64,000 nucleotides of DNA from Spongospora subterranea f. sp. subterranea. Taxonomy: Eukaryota. Below the pieces are notes generated by a model. That model saw only the letters and a list, made by a program, of their open reading frames with translations, was not told where the DNA came from and did not search any database. Below, one piece after another: positions 22,461-36,600 of the stretch. The translations under genes and the position numbers were made by a program. Position 1 is the first letter of the stretch. The number at the start of each line of letters is the position of its first letter. The stretch covers positions 1 to 64,000 of the forward strand of contig JAUGWO010000141.1 in the NCBI GenBank assembly GCA_049724395.1, given 5' to 3'.

Positions 22461-23398
22461 TTACACTTGGAAAATCTCCGTGGCAAATGAATTCTACTGT
22501 ACCTATTTTTGGGCACAGGGCATATTCGCAGGGCATCCGCGCAGTATCTTTCAATGCCCAAAATAACAATCTCCGTCATGATAATGAAAGAGTCGTGCCC
22601 GTTTTTGTTTATTGGACCATATAGGATGGTCACTAGAGAACATGCTGAGATCAAGCTTCTTGAAATCCCTCACATTTCTGTGATATTTTGTAAAGTCTCG
22701 GAGGTGATAATTTACTTCACATTTTTGCAGCAACATCAGTTGTCACGCCTGGCGAGTACGTATCAACACTGTTCACACTCTCTTCCTAACATCTGTAGCT
22801 TCGATCCGCTCAGGTGTCTCGTAGTCAGGTCACTGGAATTAACTTGAATTCCTCCACCTTAATCAAGTTTTGCTCTGGGCTAGTGTTGAGACCAGTAAAA
22901 CCTCACTAACTGAAGTATCAATCACATGAATGGCAAATTTGTCGATGGGAAAAAAATATGAAACTCGACGAAGCAGAGTAGGTTCCATCCTGTCGATCAT
23001 ATCGGTCTTGTAGGTTCGGCAGCATGACTTGACCAGAATGCCCTTGCATTATGGACAATTTCAATGAGAACGACGAGCCGGCAATCCTTTTACCAACCGA
23101 TGTGCAAAACTCTCTTCGCCAACCTAGCCATGTCGTGGCCGCGTGTGATAAAATATACTGTCAAACTATGCCAGGAACAATGTGATGGTCCAGGGGTGGA
23201 CACCGGGCAATGATAATTGCACCTGCTGTCAATCAGCAATGACTGCTTCAACACTCAATATTCAAACATTGCAACACGATTTGGGAGTTTTAGTCGCTCG
23301 ACTGGATGCGAAGTTCAACAAATCGCCACCTTTCGTCGCGTTTCCCCCTCTCTGCACGATCCGTCGGTGTTAGTTTTACCGTTGCTGTCTTTCATCAC

Positions 23399-23587
23399 AA
23401 CCATCGAGCCAACAGCAAGCTTCGACTCAACCCATCTGTTGAGATACCCCAATCAGGACTAGTCACCCATGATATAACTAATTACAATGTGATGGTTAAC
23501 TTACAAGCTAGTCCTGGATTTTAATCTGATTGGGTTATCTTGACAGATGGGTTGAGCCCAGATGGGTTGAGTCGTGGCTCGCTGGTT
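23399..23587. repeat. Imperfect long inverted repeat
   Basis: GACTCAACCCATCTGTTGAGATACCCCAATCAG...CTGATTGGGTTATCTTGACAGATGGGTTGAG, plus inner and outer arm segments. Confidence 0.85.
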
Positions 23588-24618
23588 GCCTTCGATAAAA
23601 TGGGTTGAAGCGTGGAGTTCGCAATTTGGCTTTCATGAATTCTTATGATGTGCAAGAGGTTGGTGGTCGGGACCAGATTATGCAGAGTCTTCTGGGAGCC
23701 AGGTGCTTTAGGGGTGATGCCTCATAGTATTCCGGGCCCTGTTGATTACCTTGTAAGAAGAAGTCTTGTATGCGAATGGAGCGCTGAAATTGATAAAAGA
23801 GGTCTGCAAATTCCTGAACTGGTGGTTTTTGAGGAATTGGGCAGACTTTATTCCGAATGCAAGTGATCGTGAAGGTAGATCGGGTGTGGAAGAGAGGTTA
23901 TGGAATTCAGTATTCGTAACTATGATAGGATTTGAAGGGTAAATTGAAGATAAGGGGCGGTAATGTGATTGATTATGGATGCCTTTATCTTCATTCAGTT
24001 TGCTTTTCTTGGCTTTCTTCCTTTGCCGGCTGTTCCATTTCGAGTGTTGGATTTGGGAACTTGCGTTTTTTTGTTGGGGTAGGTACTGGTTGGACGTCGC
24101 TTGCTGTCCTTTTTTGGGGCGACGTTGTCCATTTTCCCTTGAATAGACAATTTTGGCGAGGGAGTCTTTCGTTATTTCGATTTACAGCCTTGCGATCTTC
24201 TGCGGTTTTACAGGCTTTCTCCGGTTTGAGATTTTTTGCAATGGTGTGTTCAATCTGACGAAGGGGGAACTGTGTTTCGACAGGAATGCAGCAGTTGCCG
24301 ATGTATGTGGAGAGATCTTGTTCTTCAAAATCGGTCCAATCGAAATCTGCATCATCAGGTTTTGGGCTATGATTGAGGGTCTCTAGAATGTGGCAAACGG
24401 AGCGTCATGGTGTTCAAATCACTGTGAATCTCTTGTTTGTGTTTCAGAAGATCATCCTTTAACGTACGTCTTTCAATTTGAACTGGGAATCGAATTTCTT
24501 CTTTGGCTGTTGCTGGGCTGAAAAAGGGTAATGTTTTGATCATTTTCGGATGCCTTTTGAGAACGTAATCAGGGACTGCTCTGGCGATAGCTTGGTCGGA
24601 GAGATTATCGCGTAAAAT

Positions 24619-24892
24619 GCTATTGGAAGCACATCCTCAAGTCCAACTCGTTTTCGAACGTGACGGGAAATTAAGTAGTTGAATTCTTCAATTCGAAGCC
24701 ATGGGAATGTGTCTGGGTTGGCATTGTCGGTTTTGAGATGGTTTCATAGAATAACAGTTGTCGTGCCTGGGTAAGAAATTAGATACTCTACTTAATTTCC
24801 CATCACGTCGACAACGAGTTGGACTTGAGTTCGAATGTGCAAATGTGCTTCCATTAGCCCGATTCATAGAATGGTAGTTGTCGTGCCTGGGT
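24619..24892. repeat. Interleaved inverted repeat (~60 bp; 24619-24678 vs 24788-24858) and direct repeat (~30 bp; ~24744 vs ~24863)
   Basis: Direct sequence comparison. Confidence 0.8.
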
Positions 24893-25342
24893 CACTAAAA
24901 GAGTTGTAGTTGAAAGGGTAAAGGGGTTGGTGACCTTAGAAAAGCTCAATCTCCGCTATTCGACGTGTTCAATTAGGGAAACAGATGGAGAGGAGAAGAA
25001 GAGCTGCGTTTCTGCCCTGATGAAGGGTTCGTCAGTAGTTTAATTTTCAAGAGTTGGCAGGCCTATTCGTTCCTGTTGACAATCAACTAATCAAACACAG
25101 TGGTTTATTACAGCTCTCGTTCGTAGTCGAATTGTCAAAAACGGTCTGAGATCGTCTTGATATCGCAATTATCATTATAAAACAAGAGAGGCAGATGAGA
25201 ACACAATGTGATGCCTTTATCAACTATATTGAGCCATTCTTACAGGGACCAAACGGCAATCTAGAAGATACACGAGGCGTGTTCTGTTGTGATGATCTGC
25301 AAAAGGCGATTAGGGAATCCATTCCTGCCGCCCTTCAACATG

Positions 25343-27629
25343 CTATGAGACATGGGCGGAGACGGCACCTGATTCACACTGCTTGATCAGGCGGCTGATA
25401 GAAAGGCGCATGGTCTCGTTCGGAACGATGTCGTTCACAGCTATCCCAGCAAATGTCGCTTTATGGGACGGAGACATCGCCTCCACCTGCTGCAGTTTCG
25501 CCATCAACGCCGAACGCTCATAAGTCCTGGACGACATCTTCGACGAGGTCACTGGATCGTTGAACATTTTCCCCGTCAACGGGCAGATAAATTCCGACGG
25601 GATCGCTGGACCTGTCGCCATCCAATCCGGCAATGACTCGTCCGATTTCGGTGGCTCTGTCAAATCCAGACCGGCACTCGACGACTTCTTATCGCCGCTG
25701 AGGGAAAACGACCCGAGTTTCATACTCTGAGGCGACATTCCCATCTTGTTCGAGGGCGATACGATGCGATCCGCGTATGGGCTGGCGGATTGATGATCGC
25801 GATCCAACGACGAGCGACGCAAACCGATCGGACGCAGCGACACGTGCGGGTTGTGTGGGTGGTCGCTGGCGATGTAGAAGATGTGATCGTGGCGCTTGAG
25901 GAGCTTCTTCAGGCCGCCGAACCTGGATTTGATCATGGCCGGCAAGGAGTGATTGTTGGTCGCCTCGTGCATCAGCGACCCCATCTTCCCGACCGTAACT
26001 GTTCCCCGTTCTGATCAAGGATGGATTCCATCAACCGAATCAGGTCCGATTCCGCGATCTTGGGCATATCAAATTTGCCAGCATGCCGAACCTGCTCGTT
26101 CAGGAAATCCAAATCCGCTTGTAAACTGGGGCCATTATCAACGTTGGGCATTTGCCTCATCATCAACGACGCCTGACAACAAACCGACATCATTGAACAA
26201 CCCCAACGAACAAAAAAACCAAAAGCGGATCTCATTACCTTGTATCGTTCAGCGCTCCTTCTGAATGGAACCGATCTTAGCCAGGAAGAAGCGCTAGGGA
26301 ACCCAGAATCGCCCCAACTGCGGAGCTGCGATTTCAAAACCGATAAAGAGGTCGAGACGAGATTGAGTATCTCGACGGCTTGTGGTTGGGTAATTCTGGA
26401 AGTGATATTGGCGCTGGTGTCAAGCGGATCCATGATGTTCATCACGCTCGGTTGCAGCATGATCAGATTCCCATCGTCGTCCTTCTTCATGTCGACGCCG
26501 ACACGGAAATCGTCAGAATGCCGCGCCAGGATCGAGATATCGATCGGGGAGCGGGAGGAATGGGCCAACGACGTCATGGCTATGTGTCTAGGAGACGAGA
26601 GATCGGTTAGAACCCGGTTGACAAAGGTCGCTGGGAGGTTTCTTACAAGCTGGAGGGGTTCCGGGTGGAAAGTGGGCCGAATATTGTGAATATGTTTTGG
26701 CGCCAATCGTGGGCTGAGAACACGTCAAGGGCGTGCATCATACCTTGTAAGGGATGGCGAATATCGGCGGATTCTATGGTGAATGCGTGTAGAACAATGA
26801 CGTTAACGGCAGCCGTTGGCAGAAGTTTCCCAACACGCGCTTCGTTATCCAACCACAGCTTGGTCAACATGAGCGTCTGTTTCACCAGGGAATTGTGCCC
26901 GATTCGACGATCGATATCTTCCATGAAGGCGGTCATGGATACGGATCGACCTTGATTGCATCCGATTTCAACGGGAACCCCATTCACCTCGATTCTAATG
27001 GATCGAGTCCCATCAGGGGCGCTGGTGAAGAACGCCGATTTCACCCCGACCGATAAATGTGGCTGGGGAAATCGGTGTTGTGGCCCACGAATATATGGAT
27101 CGATACTCTCAGAGTTATCCGACGACAGGGCGCGAATAACACGCTGGAACCAGCTCTTGTCGTGATTGCGGGTGAAGAATGACGACAGATTGACATCACT
27201 ATCGGGGAGGAAGGTCTTTAAAGCGAACGATCCATGAGGAACGACCTTGACACCCAACGTGGCGCTCAACACGATCTGGATGAAGGTGACGACCTTATTC
27301 CGATGATCCAACGCCAGTCGCGTTGGGCGAACACCCGAGAGCAGGTCGTCAATCGCCATGTGTAACGATGGTGCCGAGATGGCGACACTCAATATCGAAT
27401 CGGATTCCCGTCCATGATCCGACGAGTCGGGAGGAGACTTGAACCGATCGGCGGTGGATTTGGGCGACGATGTGAGAATGGGGGCGACCCAATCTTGGAA
27501 TGAGGATAATCCAGGAATTGACCAAGGGAGAGCCGGGGCGAAATACTGTGAGATGATGGGGCGATCTAAGGGAGGGGGAGCCCAGACCTTATCGGAGAAC
27601 AACAGACCATGGACGCTGGCGCGTCTCAT
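25343..27629 (-). CDS. Multi-exon gene: PAP/OAS1-type nucleotidyltransferase fold, OST-HTH/LOTUS-like domain and C-terminal U-box
   Basis: PHGSFALKTFLPDSDVNL; LIRLMESIL...VTVGKMGSLM...RFGGLKKLL; IPSEFICPLTGKMFNDPV...TYERSAL; GT-AG introns near 26590-26646 and 26175-26239; apparent 1-bp frameshift in a G run at ~26005; start codon uncertain. Confidence 0.75.
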
Positions 27630-27991
27630 GACCAACGGCCAAGAGAGGTCGGTCAGAGATATGGGGAAAACGAACGATTTCAATTGTAAACCCTATTTGG
27701 TGATGAGATTAGAGCGTGCCCCCATTCCCTCTTATACGATATCTGATTATTCCTCGGGTAAAAGTGACCGCGGTCCCGATATTTTCCTGGATGATGGGAT
27801 ATTGAGGATGGGGGACAGGTTTAGATGTTGACGCCTGTAGAAATACGGGCCAAGAAAGGTCTCGTATAATGCAGGTGATAGTTGGAGGAGGTCGATATTG
27901 AGGGGTGATCAACGTACCAGGGCTAAGACAATATGGGGAATTTATTACGATCGTATAGAGATTTAGGGACACCATTATTGACATCGAACAC

Positions 27992-29632
27992 CTAATCATG
28001 CGAATTGAAGAGCGTCTCATTTTTACATTCCGCTGAAAGAAGAAGGACGTTAGAACAACAGATGGAAATGAGATAACGACAGCCAACGAACAATCGGGTT
28101 CAACAGTATATGCGGCGCCGACAATGCAGTTGGACAATGAGCATTGCGACTCGATAACAGATTGAGGGCTGATGATCGTACCATCGATACGGCAACTTAT
28201 TCGGCAGTCAATAACCATATTGACGACTGCGATGCGACATAACGTACTTTGAACTGATATTGATGTTGTCCATCAAAACGGACCTACTGATGAGTGTGTT
28301 GGCTCCAATTGTGCATCCAACACCGATGACACATTCACGAAGAACCACACCCTGTAAAACAATCGCTCAAAAATGAATCAGAAAATGTTTCGAGACATCA
28401 CTAACCTCTCCGATTGTGACACCGCTGGCAACTAGACTTTTGAAAACCTTTGATGTGGGCGGAAGGTCGCGTGTTAACTCTCCAACACGGTTGGATTCTT
28501 GAACGATCGCCCATGATTCAGGTTTCGATACGGCCAACATCATTTGTGCGGCCATATAGGAAGGGATAGAGTTGATCCGAGTGCAATGATAATCCCTAGG
28601 TATGATCATCGCATAGCAGCCATTCATTGGGCTCATGCCTTCCTCGTAATTATTGCTCATCTGCCTGGCCAGTCTTGCCGCTGTCTGATCACCCACCAAT
28701 TCCTTCCATGGGAACGGTTCCACAAACTGCTTCTCGGTCAAGTAAGGAATCAACTCGCCATAAACCGAAGATATAGCTGTAAAAGAAACAATTTGAAAAA
28801 AAAAATTGTTCAACGTGAACTACAATCAGAATCAAACCTTTCTTGGCATCTAAGAGATCCAATAACCAATGCGATAGTATGGCGATACCCGTTGTTTGGA
28901 TCCGGGTCTGGATAGTCACTTCACCACGTCGCATGAGTTTATGGCTAAACGAGAACGTCGATTCGGTCTCCACATCCACAGCCGATCGTAGATACATGAG
29001 AACGTCGTCATTTCCAATGGCCACGTAATGCCTGGTGATGTCGGCGGTCAACTGCTTCCGCTTCTGTTTGAACGTCTCACCGTTAGGCGTCTCCATATGG
29101 TTCAACAGAACCTGAACAACCGTAAGATGCTTGGGAATTGAACGTGATAAACCAACTCAACTGTGGCACCGGCAAGATGTCGACGATGTAGATCAGCTAG
29201 TTCCAAAAGCGGCATTTTGCACATGATATCAGAGTCAAACAGGACGAAATCTCGATGAATCATGCTCCGAATTCGCCTGAGTGCTGCAAAGTCCATTAGA
29301 TTCCGAGACCAGAACACTTCGGAGGAGATACCGTCTGCAGAGCCGATCCCGTTTGGGACGATTTCAAGACGAAGCTGCAACGATAGCGTATCCATCAAAT
29401 TCCTAAGACATGTCGATATGGCTGCATGTGATGATTGCGACGCGACGATGATGGCCGATTCAAAGCCGGCTTGCGCGATCTGGTACAAGGGAAACGCGAT
29501 CAGGGGCAGATTCCCGAGCGGCAACGTCTGGACCGCCAGCGTTTCCGTCAGCGGATGCAGGCACTCCCGATCGTCCAGCGCCAGCAAAATGGCATCGAAC
29601 TCAACGAACGGCTCCCCGAGATCCTCTTCCAT
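27992..29632 (-). CDS. EIF2B3: Translation initiation factor eIF2B gamma subunit (multi-exon)
   Basis: N-terminal NTP-transferase-like region (FDAILLA...LHPLT...LPLGNLPLIAFPL) and C-terminal hexapeptide repeats (ECVIGVGCTIG, SLSNCIVG). Confidence 0.75.
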
Positions 29633-31183
29633 TTTGTCCAACAATGTGGCGAAAGGCGGTTGATATTGTATCAGGTCGACCCCCTAATTGCAGTCAGATC
29701 AGCAGACTCATCATGTTACTCCATGGGTACTGTGTATATATGTACACTCATTACTGGTCACGGACTTGATCATGTCCGCTATTGCCAGTCATTCCCAGAA
29801 AATCGCCAGAGATACAGTTTGAGGGATAAACATTCACTGCTATTGCCATTTGCTTCACTAACTGAATTGTGGAAAGAAAAACGATTGTTGTCATTAGAGT
29901 ATCTCTACCGCAGGAGACCAAAGCTCGATCCCTAGAACTGGGGCTGGGTTGGGCGATTCAACACCGGTGCTAGGCAACTATAGATTGGCCAGGGTATCAG
30001 GAAATCAAGGTGTGCTATTAACTTCGATGGCGCAAGTGGGTAGAGACTTGGACTCTCGTTTGTTGACGATCCGACATCAGTATGCCAGGGGAGTGTCCTG
30101 CCTGACATTAATGGTCGGGAGGTGTCCCCGAAATACCGCCCAGAAGACTCAATCGGGTCGTCAATTACATCATGATGTTGCGATTCTGACGCTTGCGCTC
30201 CCATTTCAGCATCAGTAATCAAATGGAAGAGGAAGAGATTATGAAAATTTAGGGAGTAGTGAGGATGAGGACAACGCTCTCAGCCGAGGAGGTTGTCGCC
30301 TTGGGAAACGACACAATCTCAACAGAAATGCGGCTTCTGGGTATCAGAATATTATCAATGACTATTACAATGAAACCCCAGTTGGCGTTGCAGCAGACAT
30401 CTTCGATGAATATTGTAGGATTCGGAGCCGTTGGTTCATAATGCCTTTCTGCTTTTGTCGATGGCATAATCGATGCTTTTGGCTCAGGTTACTTTCGAGC
30501 GCCAACTCCTGAAACAGCTGCTAATTTAGAAAGACCCGGGCGCGTTATCGTCATCTTCACCACTTCATAATGTTTTCTTAGTTTTGTGATCTTCCTTCAA
30601 ATCATTGACGGTGAACTGGGAGCGCAAACGGTTGAATTGCAACATCATATGCCTAGATGGTCACCATGATTGTGTCTTTGATTTAGCAACGCAAAGTGGC
30701 TAGTTAACTGCTTTATCATTGGTTTAGGAAATTATCGCAATTTTGTTTAACACATTTCTCGTATAGGAGAAACTGGCAAAATCAGTAGCGATGCGCTCAA
30801 CCTGATGGCCTCTCATCACAAACGACGGTTCGATTTTTTCAACAAACAATGTTTTGCAGTTCCAAACTGTGTTGTTCCTGGTCGATCTATGTTTAAATAT
30901 CAAAATTAAACGCTAGCGACGATAACGTTCAATGAAGTAGCCGGAGGTGAATCCTCCTCAATAAAACGCTGCCACCAATCGCAACTGTTTTCACACGAAA
31001 AATGCTATTCACTCATTTGGTTTTCTACACAATACACGTTTTTGGTGTCACAACGAACCGCTGGAAATAAGGCTTTTGATTACATTGGTGAGATACCGGC
31101 TGATGTCGGGCAAGCCGCGCACCAGTAAATGTGTAGCGCCATTTCCTTGGGCGTGACCCACTGGAGACGATACTGGAGGATCA

Positions 31184-32145
31184 ATGTCGGCAGATTTGTT
31201 CGATTTTTCGTTCTCTAGTGCCCCGTTGACGGGAGACGACGACGCGATCGTGGCTGAAGGAAATCATGCCGCCTATGACGATTTGAAAATCGCCTGGGTC
31301 AACGAAACCGTCGCCCCCGAAATTCTGCAATATCAGGCACTGATAGTTGATCGGCTAAAACACGTGATTGATACCGAAGTGAGTTTACTGTTTGAATCCA
31401 CAGATCTATTGCCAATAGATGTTTTTGAATTGTTTTGGGGGCTGGGTCAGATTTCATTCGTCGAACCATTGTTCTGAAGTATAACGTGTTCTTCTTAGCA
31501 AGAACGACTATTTAGCTCACAAGGGGCGCATGGGAAAGGCCCCCAATCATTGACTGACCAGATTAAACAAGTCGAGACGGATCGCCTGAGGTTTATGCTG
31601 TCGGGCTATCTACGAACTCGTCTGAAGAAGGTTTTTCAGGCGATCATCCTGTAAAGGTTGCTGAACCCGCGTCCAGATTGAACAATTCGTGATGAATATC
31701 CTGCTCAGTAATGACCTGGTCAGTCGATTGTCGGAACCTGAGCTGCGGTTCGCCAGAGAGTAATCGCCCGTTTTTCCGTCTGCGTTTCGCTCACAACGAC
31801 TTGCCAAACAGGTATGTGGATCTGTTGGCGCAACATTTCGAGGATTCATTCCTATCGTCGATACCGGAAAGGGTTAGAAGTTTGGACGACACGACAGACG
31901 ATGCCAATAACATGAGTAATCTGGAGCACTTTCGTGATCCCTTGTTTGGCAGCTAATTCACGTTGGTAGTTGATTCCCCGAATCTCGACAAACACGTGTT
32001 CTTCAAAATCACGAAACCGATCGGTCCGTTTGTTGTGCAGAATAAGCATCAGGATCAGATTGATCTAAATACGAACGATATCGTTCTAGGAAGATATAGC
32101 GCCTTTAAGGTTCTACTCGATACAGATCAAGGTCAACTTATATAA
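31184..32145 (+). CDS. GINS4: GINS complex subunit Sld5 (multi-exon)
   Basis: LKIAWVNETVAPEILQY, QVETDRLRFMLSGYLRTRLKKIEQF, LSEPELRFA, PNLDKHVF. Confidence 0.9.
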
Positions 32146-33669
32146 ATATAGAGTATCGGTTTCACGTTAGATGTTTGTTTAATGCCGCTTTCACGATTTG
32201 TTGTTCATCTAACTTGAGCATGATCAACAATCTTGCATATCGTCCTGCCACGGTCGAAAAGCTTGGACTTCTACGCCTTCACCTTGGGTGTGAAATCAAA
32301 CAATTCAAAGCCTTTCGAGGCAGGATGAGACCATTGGCTTTCCTGGTTCCAAACAGTTAAATCGTTCAATTTAACGAAACTATAATGAGTACAACACTAT
32401 TTCATCATTGGTGGCGTTGATGCTGGCGATGGGGGAATGGGAATAGTCTCTTCTCCATCGTAATCAAACCGCCATCTCCGACATGGGATTTCGGAAAGAT
32501 GTGCCACTGAATCAACGCTAACAATCTCGTTCCATTGATTGCAAATATCAAGATACATCATCGAATAGAACGGTGGTAAACAAGTAGGGGCCAGTATCCT
32601 GAACAGTATGAGCCATGGATTGTTGTGTAAGAAAACGCGACAATGAGGCCCAATCAACCATAGACCGTCTCCAGCAAAGCTGATTCTATCTTTGACCCAT
32701 ATCTAGACCGTCAAGAAAACAAAAACTGTAAAATGTGGGCGCTTTCTCCATTCATAAAAAACCAATTCGGATTTCAAAACAAATTCAAACGAAACTCCAT
32801 TCTGATTTGATCCGCATTTGCCAATACAGCACATAAAACCAATGCGGATTAACAAACTTTCGAAAAAAGAGATGTTATCCGCATAATCGCTTCCTTATTG
32901 ACAAACTCGTGACCCACCTATTGTCATTGTTGAACCTTGTGAATGACTTTGAGCTCTTCGTTGGCAGGATTATGGGAGCAAAGAATAGTGTTTACACACA
33001 GCGTGACCATACCGAACCATTTGCGCTTTACCACTCAAAGATTATAGCGATGTTTTTTTAAGAGAGGTATCTGTTTCCAGGAAGTGGCCGAACTGCTAAT
33101 GTTTTAGACTTGTGGTCTTGGGTGCGATGCCGATGATCAACGTGATCCGAATTGGGCGATTACGTCTTGACCGTATCACGACAGATCGAAGCCGCTGGCG
33201 GCCTCTTTGAACAATTTCGGTCAAGTTATGATCAGTGTGAGCGGGTCCCTGGCAACAAGTTTGATGAGCAGTGGCGGCGAAATAATGAATGGTCCATGAT
33301 CTCCAAAGTGATCCCGTTCATTCACGGAATGGTCACGTTCCGCATGATGCACGATTGCGCTGTTTCCCCTTTCGCATCTAGCAATATGTGTTTGGCGACA
33401 AACCGAAATCTACTGAGTTCCAACGTGGTCCGAGTGACATCTGCCTCAAAAGCAGCAGTTTTATACAATGCAGTTCAAGGACATCGGGTTATTAGAGTTT
33501 TGCTTGCAAAAGTTCAACAATTGTGGCGGCAATTGGTGTGCTGTTTGCCTTTTTCTTCTCAATAGCCAACTCCAGAGCTGTCTCGCCATAAGCCGTGAGA
33601 ATGCGGCGGCAGGCGCCTTTTTTTACAAGAACCCGAAGCAGATCGACCCTGCAATTTAGTCAGATTAGA

Positions 33670-36600
33670 TCAATCAATCAAAGCTGGTGTTGGCCAGGCG
33701 TAATTTGTCCAACCGCTGTTGCGAGACTGCCAAATGTAGAGCCGTTTCGCCACTCCAGTTTTTGATGTTGAGTAGTTGTTGGTCCAGCGTTCCACAGAAA
33801 TTGTCTTGCAGATTTCTGTGAGATCGTTCAGGAATTTCGATGATTTTAGACATTCGTGTGAACATTGACCCAAGCTGTCCCGTCATGTTATCCTGCCACA
33901 CTTGACGAAGACCCTTTGCCTCAATTATATCGATTACGATCTGCTCACTTCTGTGAGATATAAATCAAATCATTTGACAATATATCGAAACTCGATCAGT
34001 ATACAGGTTATGCTCTACCGCAAGGTGCAGAACTGTATTTTTGTAATAGTTAACAGCCATGGGATTGGCGCCTCTATCCAACAGATCCTTGATAACGTTT
34101 TCCCTAAAAATCAATTTTCTTGAGTTCATGATCAGTGTCAAATACGAACCACGACCAACCGATGACATAAAACCGCTTTATGGAGAAGACTGTTTCCATC
34201 ATTGTGGCGGTGGTTGACATCCATGTTTTGAATGTTCGAAATAATGAATTCGTCTGTCCTGTGAGCACTTCAAATCATGTTTGCATATTTGATGCAGATT
34301 GAGCAATTTACAGGAACCAAGGCATATCGTAACGCAAGAGTGTGTTTCCATCATTATCCGCTAAAATCGGATCAGCACCTTTTTCGAACAAGAGTTGGCC
34401 GATTTGGTGACTGCTACAAAACACCATTATCAACGGTTCACATCCAGACAGTAAACTTTGCCAACCGCGAAAAACGAAACGCTAATAAGAGAGCAGTCTG
34501 GCCCTGATCATTCCTCAGATTGACCATTTCGCACGCGCCAACCTGTCTGTGAGATAATTTAGAGACTTGATTGGGCTAGGTCCACATTTCAGCAGATACC
34601 GAGCATCATGATTCACTTCTCCATTCACCAACCCAGAAAATTGGGTGATTCCATTCTGGCCCAGATTATCGACCGGCTTGGGCCGCGCCGCATCAAGTAT
34701 ATGAACGAGTATCTGCTTATTTCTGCGAAATTCCAATCAGATACCATAATATTAGCAAACAGAACAGCATACACGTCACTATGTACTGCACGATGCAGTG
34801 CTGTATTTCCATAATTGTCAGCAATAGTAGGATTGGCGCCTTTATCCAACAGATACTTGACCACCACTTCCCTAACAAATCAGTTGTGTTGAAGGGGCTG
34901 CTCAGTGTCGAACACAAATCACGCCCAACCGACGAAGCCTAATGGCAAAATGGAGAATTGTGGACCCGTCAATGTATCGGTGATTGACATCTACGTTTTG
35001 TATCATTGAGATGAAGACCTCGTTGGTCCTGTGATCACTTCAGAGGATATTTGAATCGTCGCGAGACTTCATCAATTTACATGTACGCGCGTTGAAATGG
35101 CCATAGTTGATAGTTATCCGTCATGGTGGGATCGGCACCATTCTCCAACAGAATTCGGGCGATACCAGCACTGTTCATAAGAAAGAAGGTGAAAGAGCTG
35201 ATGAGTCCTTGAAAGTAATTTGACCAACCAACGCGCCGCTGCCATACAAAAAGCAGTTCGCCCGTGCTGGGCCCGCAGATTGATTATTCCATCGCATGAC
35301 AGATTAAGTACTTCAACAACGAGGTCTTTGTGTCTGTTAGATCACATTCAGCCAATCAAATGTGCTGGATTCACATTGAAGCAACATACAGGCCACGATT
35401 AACCAATCTGGAAATTATACTCGCATATACTCGCTCCGTCATGCCATGTTGGAGCAGAAGGTGAGATGGTTTTGGCCTCCCCGCATGAATGATATCAATG
35501 ATGATCTGCTGACTTCTGTGAAACTTCAATCAGGATTCATGATATATTGAAAAGATCAGTTCGGTATACAGGCCATGGTCAATTGCGAGGTGCAGTGCTG
35601 TCAGGCCTTGGTTATCAGCACAAATGGGATTGGCCCCTCTATCCAACAGATTCTTGACCAAAACCTCCCTAGATTACCAATTCTATTGTGGCGATGATCG
35701 GTGTCAAGGAACAACATTACGACCAACCGTTTACATTTTATAGCAGTGTGGAGGAGCGTTGCCCCATTGTTGTTCCGGTGGTTGATATTCATATGTTGTA
35801 TGCATGAGAGAATGAATTCGTCTGTCCTGTGAGAACTTCAGTAAAAACTTTTGCTGATTGTTGAGATTTGGTGCATTTACAATGCAGATGGCATATGGAT
35901 ATGAAATGGGGTGTTCCCATTATCATCCGTTATAGAGGGATCGGCCCCTCTGTCCACCAGATCCTTGAACACAACTCCTCTGAATAACCAGTTCCCTGAG
36001 GCGCTGAACTGTATGAAAGAACAGAATCACGACCAACCGTTCATACTGTATCGCCGTATGGAGGAGTGTTGCCCCATTGTTGTTCCGGTGGTTGACGTTC
36101 ATATTTCGTATGCATGAGAGAATGATGTCGTCTGTCCTGTGAGCACATCAGTACCAACTTCAATATATGGTGAGATGTGGGCGATATACAATGCAGGTGA
36201 CATGTGAATGTGAAATGGGGTGTTCCCATCATTGTCCGTTATAGAGGGATCGGCCCCGTTGTCCAACAGAATTCGGACGATATGAAAACTGGGGAAAGGA
36301 AACACAATTTTGATGACGCAAATACGAAGTAAACAGTAGATCTTGACCAACCGATTATTAAAAAGCGCCTGTAAGAGAGCAGTTTCCCCATAATCGTTCC
36401 TGAGATTGATTATTTCCGATGTCGCCAATTGATGGGCACATGGACTCCTGTAAGATCAAATCAGCGACTTCAGTGATTTCGACAGACCCGTTAACACTAT
36501 ACAGATCATCATGAACTTTGTTGCCATTTAAACACACAGAAGGTTCCGTTATCCCATTCTGGTCCAGAATATCGACTGTTTTTTTGGGCCTCGCTGCATC

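Noticed and set aside
25001..25040. Hammerhead-ribozyme-like core on minus (CTGACGA-ACCCT-TCATC-AGGG-CA-GAAAC)
   Set aside because: Stem II closure is imperfect and I could not form stems I and III or a cleavage triplet; at most a relic.
29932..30650. Possible minus-strand gene
   Set aside because: Only short low-complexity ORFs with stops and no recognisable domain.
32175..33660. Short ORFs, possibly decayed transposon or gene
   Set aside because: No motif I can identify with confidence.
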